From NCBI GenBank assembly GCA_963803435.1, contig CAWDML010000008.1:224001-288000 (forward strand): 64,000 nt of DNA. The letters are read 5' to 3'. This stretch comes from an uncultured delta proteobacterium. GTDB lineage: Bacteria; Myxococcota; Kuafuiibacteriia; Kuafuiibacteriales; Kuafuiibacteriaceae. Shown piece after piece: positions 52,728-63,085 of the stretch. The notes beneath the pieces were generated by a model. It was not told the DNA's origin. It searched no databases and was given only the letters and a program-made list of their open reading frames with translations. A program made the translations under genes and the position numbers. Numbering within the stretch: position 1 is the first letter of the stretch; each line of letters begins with the position of its first letter.

Positions 52728-54606
52728 CTACTCCCGGGGCGGAGCCGTTACGATCTTTCGCCGGGGCACCGAGAGATTCCGCGTGCCGTGCTCGTTCTCG
52801 ACGGTCAGCAGCACGGTCGTGCCCTCGAGGCCGCGAATCCGCTCGATGCAGCCGGCGAACCCCAGCTCGGCGACGGAGGTCCCGTCGATCGCCAAGATGC
52901 GCATCCCCGGCGCCAGGCCGACCTCGGCCGCGCCGCCGCCCGGGATCACGGCGTTGATCACCAGGACGTCGCCGTCGGCGGCGAGGGCCGCGCCGATCCC
53001 CACCAGCTCGAGCTTCGCGTCCTCTCCCTCGGCGAGGCGGGTGAGCGACACCGAGATCGGCCCGGTGGTCTCTCCGGGCTCCACCTGGATCGCGCTGATG
53101 ATCCGCGCGTGGTGATGCTCGGCGGATACCGAGATCGAGTGCGGGCCCGCCGCGAGACCGGACAGCGTGAACGTGCCGTCCGCCGCAGTGACGGTGCTGC
53201 CGAGGTTCGTGACCTGGATGACCGCCCGCGCCATCGGTCCCTCTCTCGAGACGGCCGCGCCTCCGATCGGCGCCCCGCCCTCGGCCTCCACGACGCGCCC
53301 GGTGATCTCGCCGCCGCGGTCGAGCTCGAAGTCGACGGTGACCTCGCCGGTGAGCGCGGGATCGACGGCCACGTCCTTTCGAAGTCCGGGCTCGCAGCCG
53401 TCCGCGAGGATCATGACGTCGTAGGTGCCGCGTCCGACGCCGTCGATCTGGTAGTGACCGGACGAGTCGTAGATGACCTGGGTTCGGTAGGGCTCGACGG
53501 CGACCGCGCCTTGCTGCTTGCCGATCGTGACCAGGAAGCCGGTGACCGGCTCGTCCGAGCCCTTCCGGGTGACGCGTCCGACCAGCCGGGCGCCGCGGCC
53601 GAGCTTCAGCGTCACCTTCGCGGGCGGTCGGATCCCGGTCACCTCCGCGGGCACGAAGTCGTGGTGGCTCGCCTGCACCTCGTACTCTTCGTCGAGGAGA
53701 CCCTCGAGCGCGAACTGTCCTTCGGCGTCGGTCTGGGTCTCGACCTCGGCGCCGTGTCCGCCGGCGCGGGCGCTCACCGCGGCCTCGGCCAGCGGTTCGC
53801 CGTCGGGATCGACGACGCGGCCGTGGACGGTCCGCGAGACCGTGCCCTCGTCGGCGCTGCGAAGGCGGATCGTGACGCGACGGGTGATGGCCTCCGACAG
53901 GCCCAGCCGGGCCCGCCCCGGGGCGTAGCCGGCGTGCGTGGCCTCGAGGACCGCATCCGGCGGGGCTCGGAAGGTGAACGTGCCGTCGGTGCCGCTCTCG
54001 AAGCGGTCGTCGATCGGCACCGGACCCTCCCCGCCCGCGATCAGCCGGACGGTCGCTCCGGCCACCGGCTCCCCGGCCGGCGAGAGCACGCGGCCGGTGT
54101 ACCGGACGGCGGGATCGAGCGTGATGATCGCGCCGCTGATCTGCTCCTTCGGTCGGGCGAGGAACGCGATCGGGCTCTGGCCCCACGCCGGAGCGAACGG
54201 GAGGTGGCCGGCCGCCGTCACTGCGATCAGCACGTAGCGTCCCGAGGCCGCCGGCTGGAACGAGAACTCACCTTCGGGCCCGCTCTCGATCGAGGTCGCA
54301 CCCCCGTCACGGACGAACGTGAGCTCGGCGCCCTGGATCCCGTGGCCGTCGCCGCGCGACACGACGCGACCTTCGAGCACGCCGTGCTCGGTCGGGTGTC
54401 GATCGTCGAATCTCGGGGAGCGCCGGCCAGGGTACCGAGCGCACGACACCGGGAGAGGACGCGCGCGATCGCGCGCCCGGAGGCGTGGGCGTGTCGGTGC
54501 GCGTCGAGCGCGCCGGTTCCCGCGTCTCGTCGGGCTTCGCGCGCCACCACGCGACCACTGCGATCAGCACCGCGATCGCCGTGACGGCGAGGATTCTTCG
54601 ACGCAT
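52728..54606 (-). CDS. Membrane-anchored carboxypeptidase-regulatory-like repeat protein with C-terminal PDZ (one +1 frameshift)
   Basis: N-terminal TM (ORF 54307..54606) joins ORF 52728..54449 near 54410; repeated GRV....G.P...A.V units; GIGA..GGGAAEVGLAPGMRILAIDG. Confidence 0.82.
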
Positions 54607-54620
54607 GCGCGGATGTTACC

Positions 54621-54934
54621 TCAAAGGAAGCAACGACCGAGTCCGCGGTACGTGGGCGCTCGGTCGACTATCGGATCGCCCCGAACGAGCAGATATTCCG
54701 CGAAGTGCTCCGCCAGCTCGCCCGCCTTCGCGTGCCGGAAGAACACCGGCGCGCCCAGCGGGAGCGACAGCCCGGCCGGCAGGCGGATCGGCGTCTGGAC
54801 CTCGCCCGCACCCTCGAAGGTCAACAGCGAGAGCCCGGGCGGGAGCACCGGACGGGCCCCAGATCGACGAGCGCGAGGGGGAGCGGCTCGCCCTCGATGG
54901 CGTGGTGCAGTCGCTCGTAGTCCGCGGGGAACAC
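54621..54934 (-). pseudogene. Internally deleted alanine-racemase-fold (amino acid deaminase/aldolase-like) gene
   Basis: N-terminal ..PLPLALVDL (GTG 54934) joined out of frame to C-terminal EGAGEVQTP..FFRHAKAGELAEHF..PTYRGLGRCFL; the PLP-Lys region is absent. Confidence 0.7.
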
Positions 54935-54942
54935 GTCCGGTC

Positions 54943-55935
54943 TCAGCGGCTCGCCTGCGCGGCCAACCCGCGGGCCACCTCGGCGCCGGTGAAGCCGCGC
55001 TCGGTGATGATCCCGCTGATCCACTCGGCGGGCGTGACGTCGAAGGCCGGGTTGCGGACCTTGACGCCCTCGGGAGCGATCTGGCGATCGAACACGTGCG
55101 TGACCTCGCGGGCCGCGCGCTCCTCGATCACGATCTCGCTTCCGGAGGCCAGGCTCATGTCGACGGTCGACCAGGGCGCCGCCACGTAGAACGGCCGCCG
55201 GTGATGGTGGAGGAGGCAGGCGATGCCGCGCGTGCCGATCTTGTTGGCTACGTCGCCGTTGCGTGCGATCCGGTCGGCGCCGGTCACCGCGCAATCGATC
55301 AGGTCCTCCGAGAGCAGGTGGGCGACGGCGCCGTCCGCGATGAGCGTGACGTCGATGCCGTCCTTCATGAGCTCCCACGCGGTCAGCCGCGCACCCTGAA
55401 GGACGGGGCGGGTCTCGTCGGCGAACACGCGGATTCGCTTGCCGGCGAGGTGCGCGCCCCGGATGACGGCCAGGGCCGTGCCGAGCTCGGCGGTGGCGAG
55501 AGCGCCGGCGTTGCAGTGGGTGAGCACCGTAGCGCCGTCCTCGAGCAGCTCGGCGCCGATCTCGGCCATGCGCTTGGAGGCGGCCACCTCCTCTGCGTAG
55601 ATGCGGTGGGCTTCGTCGGCGAGCGCCGCAGGATCCGAGCCGGCCCGCCTCATCCGATCGAGCGCCCAGAACAGGTTCACCGCGGTGGGCCGGGTCCGCC
55701 GGAGCCGCGCGTCGGCCGCCTCGAGCGGCTCGCCTCGATGAGCCGCCAGCGCCATCCCGAACGCCGCCGTGATTCCAATCGCGGGGGCGCCCCGCACGAC
55801 CATGGTCTCGATCGCGCGCGCCACCTCCTCGACGGTGTCGAGCTCGACGTACGTCTCCTGCACTGGAAGCCTCGTCTGATCCAGGAGCACCACGGTCCCG
55901 GGGCGATAGTCGATCGTTCGAAACGATGAGCTCAC
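54943..55935 (-). CDS. mtnA: S-methyl-5-thioribose-1-phosphate isomerase
   Basis: LLDQTRLP, VRGAPAIG, RPTAVNL, LTHCNAGALAT, ETRP.LQGARLT, GADRI, NKIGT, NPAFDVTP. Confidence 0.95.
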   Translation of the reverse strand: MSSSFRTIDYRPGTVVLLDQTRLPVQETYVELDTVEEVARAIETMVVRGAPAIGITAAFGMALAAHRGEPLEAADARLRRTRPTAVNLFWALDRMRRAGSDPAALADEAHRIYAEEVAASKRMAEIGAELLEDGATVLTHCNAGALATAELGTALAVIRGAHLAGKRIRVFADETRPVLQGARLTAWELMKDGIDVTLIADGAVAHLLSEDLIDCAVTGADRIARNGDVANKIGTRGIACLLHHHRRPFYVAAPWSTVDMSLASGSEIVIEERAAREVTHVFDRQIAPEGVKVRNPAFDVTPAEWISGIITERGFTGAEVARGLAAQASR

Positions 55936-57362
55936 GGCTTCATCCTCTCCTCGAGCATGCTGCGGACCAGCGCCGGGTTGGCCTTGCCCTTCGATGCCTT
56001 CATGACCTGGCCCAAGACGGCGTTGAGCACCTGCGTCTTGCCCGCCCGATACTTGGCCACGTTCTCCTGGTTGCGCGACAGGACGTCGTCGATGAGCGGC
56101 GAGAGCGCTTCGTGGTCGCTGACCTGCTCGCCGGTCTCTTCCAGCAGGCGCTCGAGGGGCGTCCCGTCCCGCCAGATCCGTTCGAAGAGCTGCTTCTGCT
56201 GCGTCGAGGAGATCCGGCCCTGGTCCCTGAGCGCGGCCAGCTCGGCCGCCGTCTCGGGGGTGAGGCGACCCTCCGAGAGCGAGCCGTGCTTGAGCTCGTG
56301 GAGGAGGGTCCCCGTGACGAACGTCGCCAGGCTCGCCGATGCGTCCGGCCGATGCACCAGCGCCCGGTCGAAGAAGCGCGCCAGCTCGGGCCGCTCCAGG
56401 AGGATCTCCGGCAGCTCGCTCGAGATCGCCGCGTACCGCCGCCGCTTGGCCACCGGCAGCTCCGGGAGCGAGGCTCGTATCTCCTCGATCCACTCCGGAG
56501 CGATCGCGAGCTCCGGCAGATCGGGATCGGGGAAGTAGCGGTAGTCGTGCGCTTCCTCCTTGCTGCGCATGGAGCGCGTCTCCTTCTTCTCCGAGTCGAA
56601 GAGCCTGGTCTCCTGCTCGACGCGGCCGCCGTTCCGCAGGATCTCCGCGTGCCGCATCGCCTCGTACTCGATCGCCTGCTCGACGAAGCGGAACGAGTTG
56701 ACGTTCTTGATCTCGCAGCGGGTCCCGAGCGCCTCGGTGCCGCGGGGACGGAGGGAGACGTTCGCGTCGCAGCGGAACGAGCCCTCCTCCATGTTGCCGT
56801 CGCAGACGCCGAGCGTCATGAGGATGGCGCGGAGCTCCTTGAGGTACGCGGACGCCTCCTCGGCCGACGAGAGGTCCGGAGCCGACACGATCTCGATCAG
56901 CGGCACCCCTGCGCGGTTGAAGTCGACGAGCGAGTACGGTGCGCCTGCCGCGTGCGTGCTCTTGCCGGCGTCCTCCTCCATGTGAATGCGGACGATGCGG
57001 ATCGTCTTGCCGGCGATCTCGAGCCGGCCGTCCGAGCAGAGCGGCCGATCGTACTGCGAGATCTGATAGCCCTTCGGCAGGTCGGGATAGAAGTACTGCT
57101 TGCGCGACCAGACGCTCCGCAGGTTGATCCGACAGTCGAGGGCGAGCCCCGCCTTGATCGAGAGCGCAACGACCTCGCGGTTGAGGACCGGAAGCACGCC
57201 GGGGAGCCCGAAGCAGTACTCGCTCACGTGCCGGTTGGGCCGCTCGGGATCGTATCGGTTCTCGACCGCGCTGAAGAGCTTCGTGCGCGTCAGCAGCTGC
57301 GCGTGCACCTCGAGACCGATCACCGGCTCGAAGGCTTCGAGGAGGCTCGCGGGCAGGGCCAT
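55932..57362 (-). CDS. gatB: Asp/Glu-tRNA amidotransferase subunit B
   Basis: IGLEVHAQL, YFYPDLPKGYQISQ, HMEEDAGKS, FRCDANVS, DYRYFPDPDL, GQVMK..KGKANP. Confidence 0.96.
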   Translation of the reverse strand: MALPASLLEAFEPVIGLEVHAQLLTRTKLFSAVENRYDPERPNRHVSEYCFGLPGVLPVLNREVVALSIKAGLALDCRINLRSVWSRKQYFYPDLPKGYQISQYDRPLCSDGRLEIAGKTIRIVRIHMEEDAGKSTHAAGAPYSLVDFNRAGVPLIEIVSAPDLSSAEEASAYLKELRAILMTLGVCDGNMEEGSFRCDANVSLRPRGTEALGTRCEIKNVNSFRFVEQAIEYEAMRHAEILRNGGRVEQETRLFDSEKKETRSMRSKEEAHDYRYFPDPDLPELAIAPEWIEEIRASLPELPVAKRRRYAAISSELPEILLERPELARFFDRALVHRPDASASLATFVTGTLLHELKHGSLSEGRLTPETAAELAALRDQGRISSTQQKQLFERIWRDGTPLERLLEETGEQVSDHEALSPLIDDVLSRNQENVAKYRAGKTQVLNAVLGQVMKASKGKANPALVRSMLEERMKP

Positions 57363-57427
57363 GAGCTAGCCTTCGCCGAGGTGAAGCCGCGAGTCGAGCT
57401 TGGCCTGCACGGGAGCGTGCGCTTAGG

Positions 57428-57631
57428 ATGGCGAGGGTGCTGCTCCTGGCCGCAAAGTCCGCCGCCCTGCTGGCGTTGATGGTCTCCGTGCTCTACCTGA
57501 CGGTCCGGGCCAAGCGCTTCGGCTTCGACCGCTTCCAGTCCGTCCACAGCCGGCGAAAGTACCGGGTGCCGGTCCGCCGGGAGGTCAGTAGCGAAGCGGG
57601 TACCCGTCCGCCTCCAGCACCGCCTCCGTGA
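57428..57631 (+). CDS. Possible small membrane protein
   Basis: 67-aa ORF with hydrophobic N-terminus and basic segment, in the gap between gatB and the acyl-CoA dehydrogenase. Confidence 0.35.
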   Translation: MARVLLLAAKSAALLALMVSVLYLTVRAKRFGFDRFQSVHSRRKYRVPVRREVSSEAGTRPPPAPPP

Positions 57632-59408
57632 TCTGCCGCTTGAGCGGGAGCAGCGGCTTCACGTCGTTGAGCTGCAGGCGCTTGAGCTCCATGAACCGCG
57701 TGTATTGATCGTCGTCCGGGAACAGCTCCACCACGATCCGCTTGGCCCGCGCGATCGCACGCTCGTAGATCTCGTGGGCGGCCACCCGCGCGAACAGCGC
57801 GTGGATCGCGGCCTTGGGCCCGGAGGTCTCGGACTGGGCCTGGATCGCCCGGCGCACCACGGTGTCGAGCGTGTAGGCGTCGATGCACATGTCCGCGAGC
57901 ATGCAGAGCTGCTCCTGTTCGCGCTCGAGCTCGGTCATCAGCTTCATCGCCGCGGTTCCGATCGTGTAGACCGTCGCCCTGCGGACCAGCTCGGCGAGCA
58001 CCACCTCTTCGGCGAGCGGGCCGTCGGTCTGCGCGGGCACGGGAGACTGGGCGCGGGTGAGCGCGGTCTGGATGTCCTGCTGGACCGGGAGGATCTCGAG
58101 CTGACCCTTCATCGCCCGCTTGAGGATGGTCCCTGGGATCAACATCCGGTTGATCTCGTTCGTCCCCTCGAAGATGCGATTGATCCGGCTGTCGCGGTAC
58201 GCGCACTCGACGGCGAACTCCTCGCTGTAGCCGTAGCCCCCGTGGATCTGCACGCCCTCGTCGACGACGAAGTCGAGGCCCTCGGAGCCGGAGACCTTCA
58301 TGATCGAAGCCTCGATGTTGTACTCCTCGATCGCCTGGACCAGCTTGTCCGCGCGCTCGGGATCGTCCTTGGCGACGTTCATCATGGCGGCGTCGACGAG
58401 CCCGGTGGTGCGATACCCGGTCGACTCGGCGCAGTAGATCTGCACCGCCATGTTGGCGAGCTTCTGCTGGATGATGCGAAAGTCGGCGAGCGGGGTGGCG
58501 AACTGCTTCCGCTCCTTCGCGTAGAGCGTCGCGACGTTCAGCACCTTCTTCATGCCGCCCATCACCGCGACGCCGAGGCGCAAGCGGCCCATGTTGAGGA
58601 TGTTGAACGCGATCTTGTGACCGCGTCCCTCTTCGCCGAGCAGGTTCTCCCGCGGGACGCGGCAGCCCTCGAAGGTGAGGGCGCACGTCGACGAGCCGCG
58701 GATGCCCATCTTGTGCTCCTCGTTGCCGACGATCAGGCCGGGCGTCTTGGCCGGCACCAGGAACGCGGAGAACTTCTTGCCGTCGATCTTCGCGAAGACG
58801 GTGAACACGTCCGCGATCTGCGCGTTCGTGATCCACATCTTCGAGCCGTTGAGGATCCACTCCTTGCCGTCGCCCGAGAGCGTGGCGGTGGTCTTGGCCG
58901 CCAGCGCGTCGGAGCCCGAGCCGGGCTCGGTGAGCGCGTACGCGCCGATCACCTCGGCCGTCGCGAACTTGGGCAGCCACTCGTTCTTCAGCTTCTCGGA
59001 GCCGAAAAAGACCAGCGGGAGCATGCCGATCCCGTTGTGCGCGCCCAGCGCGACCGAGAAGCTCCCCTGCTGCGCGACCGCCTCGGAGACCAGGCAGGAG
59101 GTGGTCTTCTCGAGGCCCAACCCCCCGAAGGCCTCGGGAATGTCGATCATGTGGAAGCCGAGCTCTCCCGCCTTGCGGAGCAGCTCCGGCATCAGACCCG
59201 GCGTCTTGTGCTCGATCTCCTTGTGGATGGGAATGACCTCCTTTTCCACGAAGTCGACCGCGGTCTTGTAGAAGGCGCGCTGCTCGTCCGAAAACCGCTC
59301 GGCGGTGAACACATCGCGGGAACACGCCGGTTCGAGCAGGAAGCCGGCGCCCGGCGGAACCGACACGGGCGTAGCTTGAAGGGCGATGGGGGTCGGTTTT
59401 GCAACCAT
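57585..59408 (-). CDS. Acyl-CoA dehydrogenase (long, ~600-aa type)
   Basis: YALTEPGSGSDA, NGSKMWITN, EHKMGIRGSST, QIHGGYGY, RIFEGTNEINR. Confidence 0.95.
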   Translation of the reverse strand: MVAKPTPIALQATPVSVPPGAGFLLEPACSRDVFTAERFSDEQRAFYKTAVDFVEKEVIPIHKEIEHKTPGLMPELLRKAGELGFHMIDIPEAFGGLGLEKTTSCLVSEAVAQQGSFSVALGAHNGIGMLPLVFFGSEKLKNEWLPKFATAEVIGAYALTEPGSGSDALAAKTTATLSGDGKEWILNGSKMWITNAQIADVFTVFAKIDGKKFSAFLVPAKTPGLIVGNEEHKMGIRGSSTCALTFEGCRVPRENLLGEEGRGHKIAFNILNMGRLRLGVAVMGGMKKVLNVATLYAKERKQFATPLADFRIIQQKLANMAVQIYCAESTGYRTTGLVDAAMMNVAKDDPERADKLVQAIEEYNIEASIMKVSGSEGLDFVVDEGVQIHGGYGYSEEFAVECAYRDSRINRIFEGTNEINRMLIPGTILKRAMKGQLEILPVQQDIQTALTRAQSPVPAQTDGPLAEEVVLAELVRRATVYTIGTAAMKLMTELEREQEQLCMLADMCIDAYTLDTVVRRAIQAQSETSGPKAAIHALFARVAAHEIYERAIARAKRIVVELFPDDDQYTRFMELKRLQLNDVKPLLPLKRQITEAVLEADGYPLRY

Positions 59409-59509
59409 TCAGCCTCAAATGCACGACTTCTTACGCGCTGTGTCAATCGGCAGCGCCTGCGTGTCCAAAAATTGGACGTCGCTGCGGTCCCGGTGTTCCT
59501 TCACCGTAC

Positions 59510-60787
59510 ATGTCGGAGATTGGAGCTGCTCGATCGGATCGCGACCGCGACACCCACGTGACCCCGGTTCTCTTCCGCGACGGGAGCGACCGCCGCAAGA
59601 GCGCGCGGATTCCGCTGCCGACGCCGGTGCGGATCGGCCCGCCGAACGGCACGCCGTACGCATTGGTTTCGGCGATCGATCTGTCCCGGAACGGGTTGTT
59701 CATCGACGCCGATCGTCCGGTCCGCATCGGCGCGCGATTCTCCGCCGAGATCGAGCTGAGCCAGACGAAGGTCTACATCCCCGAGGCCGAGGTCGCCTAC
59801 AACCGTGACCACTACGCCGGCTCCGGCTTCGGCGTTCGCTTCCTGGTGGCGGACGAGGGAGCGCTGGCCGCGGTCGCCGAGGAGATCGACCGCGTCACCG
59901 ATCAGACGCTCATCGTTCGCAACAAGAGGGGCATCAGCGACCTCCCGACGCTGATCCCGATCCCCTCCGAAGAGCCGGCGATGGGCGTCGAGCTCTCCCA
60001 CTACCCCGAGCCGGAGATCGTCTACGAGTCCCTGCTCGAGCCGATGTGCCCGGACACCGTTCCGCCGCAGCCCCAGGCTCCGGCGGTGAAAGAGAGACTG
60101 CAAGTTGGGTTGCATAGAGCACGACACCGCTTCCTCGAGCGCGCCAAGAGCGCGCCCATGATCTTTCGCGGTCTGGCGATCGCGGGGGCGCTCGGGCTGG
60201 TCGCCTCGGCAGCCCTGGCCCTGGCCGGGGAGGGCGGAGAGACGGCTGCTCCCGTGCGCGATCCGAGCGAGCACGGCGTCGGCGCCACCACGCACCAGGT
60301 GTTGATGGGAGAGAAGGACGTGGCGGCCCTCGACAAGCCGGCGCCGGTCGAGCCGCCTGCGATCGAGCCGGCGACGATCGAGGATCCGAAGGTCCGCCGC
60401 CGGCTGCTCCCTCCGCTGGTGGTGCTCGACGAGGAGAAGGTGCAGGCGAAGCCGGAGGCGAAGCCGAAGGTCACGCCGAAGCCGGAGCCGAAGCGAGCGA
60501 TCCCGAAGCGGGCGGCGCTCCCGCTGGACGCGGTGGTGCTCGAAGGCGTCGAGCCCGGCGTCCAGGTGTTGAAGACGCACGTCTTCCGGGCGCCCGATCG
60601 CTTCGTGATCGATCTGACCGGCCAGACGCGGGCCCTCGCCATCCCGGCGTTCCGCCGGCCGGTGAAGATGATCCGCACGGGACGTCATCCCGACTTCTTC
60701 CGAGTGGTGGTGGATCTGGAGTCGCCGATCGAATCGGGAAAGGCGACGGTGACCGAGGGTGGGCTGGTGATCGAGCTGGTGCAGTGA
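59510..60787 (+). CDS. PilZ domain - TM - AMIN-like domain protein
   Basis: RRKSAR and DLSRNG PilZ motifs; TM LAIAGALGLVASAALALA; Pro/Lys linker; PDRFVIDL and IRTGRH..RVVVDL. Confidence 0.78.
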   Translation: MSEIGAARSDRDRDTHVTPVLFRDGSDRRKSARIPLPTPVRIGPPNGTPYALVSAIDLSRNGLFIDADRPVRIGARFSAEIELSQTKVYIPEAEVAYNRDHYAGSGFGVRFLVADEGALAAVAEEIDRVTDQTLIVRNKRGISDLPTLIPIPSEEPAMGVELSHYPEPEIVYESLLEPMCPDTVPPQPQAPAVKERLQVGLHRARHRFLERAKSAPMIFRGLAIAGALGLVASAALALAGEGGETAAPVRDPSEHGVGATTHQVLMGEKDVAALDKPAPVEPPAIEPATIEDPKVRRRLLPPLVVLDEEKVQAKPEAKPKVTPKPEPKRAIPKRAALPLDAVVLEGVEPGVQVLKTHVFRAPDRFVIDLTGQTRALAIPAFRRPVKMIRTGRHPDFFRVVVDLESPIESGKATVTEGGLVIELVQ

Positions 60788-60808
60788 TCCGCGCGGTCCC
60801 TCAGGACC

Positions 60809-62086
60809 TCACGGGGTCAGCACACCGTCGATCTTGTGCACGACGCCGCTGAGCGTCCGGATGTCGGCACCGACGACGTTCACGGTGCTGCCGCTGCCGT
60901 CCGTGATCGAGACATTCCCCTGGGCATCCACGTGCACCGTCAGCGTCCCGTTCAGCGTGGTGAGCTCGAGCCCGTCCGTCAGTGAGGACGTCGTCACCTG
61001 CATCGGCACGATGTGGTGCTGCAGCACGGCCGCGCCCGGAGCGACGCTCGAGGTGAACGCCGAGTCGATCGGCGCAAATAGGGTGATGGCGGACTCGCCC
61101 ATGAGCGTGTCCGGATCCACCGCCGCCTTGATGTTCCCCGGCGCGGCGGCGAGGAGCGCAGCCAGCGAGGACGTCTCGGTGTCGGACGCGATCAGCTCGG
61201 GGATCGTCGGCGGCATCAGCACGCTGGTGACCTCGTCGAGCAGGCCGTTGTCCGTGGGGAGATCGACGGCTGCACCGAACGGGCTGGTCGCCGGCACGGT
61301 GTACGTCGTGTTCGCGGCGGTCATCAGCTCGGTGCCCGCGCTGATCGACGCCGTCATCACCGCTCCCGGGACCACGTGGTACAGGAGGATGTTGCTGAGC
61401 ACGTCCGCCGCCGGAAGATCGCCGAGCGCGGTGAACGCGTCCTCGTTCGGTGCGAACACCGTGTACGTCGCGTCGGGTGACGTGAGCGTGTCGACCAACC
61501 CGGCCGTCGCCGCCGCCGAAGCAAAGGTGGTGAAGCCGTTCTCGTTGGCGACGTCGATGACGGAGCCGGGCCCCGACGGCGGATCGATGGGCGTCGGGAC
61601 CGAGTCGATCACGTAGAGGACGCCGTTGAAGGCCTGGAGGCCGGCCTTCACGACGGTCGCCTCGGTGTCGTCAGCGCCGTGGACGTGGATGGTCGATCCG
61701 GTGACCGAGATCGGGATGGCCGATCCGAGCGCGTTATCGAGGGCATCCGCCGTCATGACCAGCGACGTGTCCCGCCGTCCGCCCACCGTCAGGTAGAGCA
61801 GGTACCGGTTGATCTGGGCCTTGTCGTTCTTGACGTCGGACGGCACCGAGTTCCAGGCGGCGTCGTTCGGCGCGAAGATCGTGAGCTGCGACCGGCTGGT
61901 CGTGAGCGCGTCCGAGAGGCCGCCCGTGCCGGCCAGATCGATGAACTGCGTGAGACCCTCTTGCATCGCGAGATCGAGGAGACTGTCCTTGATGGGTTCA
62001 GACATGGTGCCGCGAAACTGGTCGTCGCATCCGACGGCGAGGATCGCTGACACCGAGAGCAGCGTAAGAATTCGAGGGGCTACCAT
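60809..62086 (-). CDS. Fasciclin (FAS1) lipoprotein, three domains
   Basis: Lipobox AVGC; TIFAPNDAA, TVFAPNEDAF, TLFAPIDSAF; NGVLYVID, GVVHKIDGVL. Confidence 0.9.
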   Translation of the reverse strand: MVAPRILTLLSVSAILAVGCDDQFRGTMSEPIKDSLLDLAMQEGLTQFIDLAGTGGLSDALTTSRSQLTIFAPNDAAWNSVPSDVKNDKAQINRYLLYLTVGGRRDTSLVMTADALDNALGSAIPISVTGSTIHVHGADDTEATVVKAGLQAFNGVLYVIDSVPTPIDPPSGPGSVIDVANENGFTTFASAAATAGLVDTLTSPDATYTVFAPNEDAFTALGDLPAADVLSNILLYHVVPGAVMTASISAGTELMTAANTTYTVPATSPFGAAVDLPTDNGLLDEVTSVLMPPTIPELIASDTETSSLAALLAAAPGNIKAAVDPDTLMGESAITLFAPIDSAFTSSVAPGAAVLQHHIVPMQVTTSSLTDGLELTTLNGTLTVHVDAQGNVSITDGSGSTVNVVGADIRTLSGVVHKIDGVLTP

Positions 62087-62296
62087 GCTGATGGCTCCTC
62101 GCCGTTTCCAAGATCCGCGTCAAGATCGGACGTCGACGTTGACGTGCATCAACGCCGCGCGAGAGGGGTTGCGGCCGCTTGCACTGTTGATCGCATCCGG
62201 ATCACTCGGGCGATCTTCCACCGTCCGACGGTGACTTGGCGTCGGCAAGTTGAGTTGACTTTGGTGACCGCGCCATGACAACCCCGTGTGGCGCCG

Positions 62297-63085
62297 ATGA
62301 CAAAGAACCTCGTCTCAAGATGTCTGATTGCGGGCGGATTCGCGCTGCTCTTCGGTCTTGGAACCCCGGCCCGATCCAGCGCCGGGGACCTCGATCAGGC
62401 CATCAATCTGGTGCTCCGCATGAACGAAGCGGCGGCCCAGGGCCAGGAGAAGGTCGACAAGCTCGACGACGACACGGCCGACCTGCTGAACCGCTACCGC
62501 ACCACGCAGCAGCGGATCGAGTCGATGAAGCTCTACGATAAACAGGTTGGAGAGCTCGTACAGGCGCAGCGGGACCAGCTGAGCCAGATCCAGGGCCGCA
62601 TCGACGCCGCCACCAACGTCGGCCGCGAGATCACGCCGCTCCTCCTCCGCATGCTCGACGTCCTCGATCAGTTCGTACAGCTCGACATCCCGTTCCTTCC
62701 CAAGGAGCGGAGAGAGCGGATCGCTCGGCTGCGCGAGATGATGGGCAAACCGGACGTCACCGAGGCCGAGAAGTACCGGCGCATCCTGGAGGCCTATCAG
62801 ATCGAGAACGAGTACGGCCGGACGATCGAGGCGTACCAGGGCGAGCTGAAGGTCGACGCTGCCACACTGACCGTCACCTTCCTCCGCGTGGGTCGTCTCG
62901 CCCTCGTCTATCAGACGCTCGACGGTGAGAAGGTCGGCGCCTGGGATCAGACGAAGGGCGCCTGGGTCGATCTCCCGCAGGACTACTTCGCGGACATCAA
63001 CCGCGGGATGAAGATCGCCAAAAAACAGGCGCCGCCCGCGCTGATCTTCCTCCCCATTCAGGCCCCCGAGGAGGTGCAGAAATGA
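62297..63085 (+). CDS. DUF3450 family periplasmic protein
   Basis: Signal peptide, coiled coil, DIPFLPKER, EKYRRILEAYQIENEYGR, FLRVGRLALVYQT. Confidence 0.85.
   Translation: MTKNLVSRCLIAGGFALLFGLGTPARSSAGDLDQAINLVLRMNEAAAQGQEKVDKLDDDTADLLNRYRTTQQRIESMKLYDKQVGELVQAQRDQLSQIQGRIDAATNVGREITPLLLRMLDVLDQFVQLDIPFLPKERRERIARLREMMGKPDVTEAEKYRRILEAYQIENEYGRTIEAYQGELKVDAATLTVTFLRVGRLALVYQTLDGEKVGAWDQTKGAWVDLPQDYFADINRGMKIAKKQAPPALIFLPIQAPEEVQK

Noticed and set aside
55932-57362. gatB without adjacent gatC/gatA as a novelty
   Set aside because: Split gatCA/gatB arrangements are common; the partners may lie elsewhere
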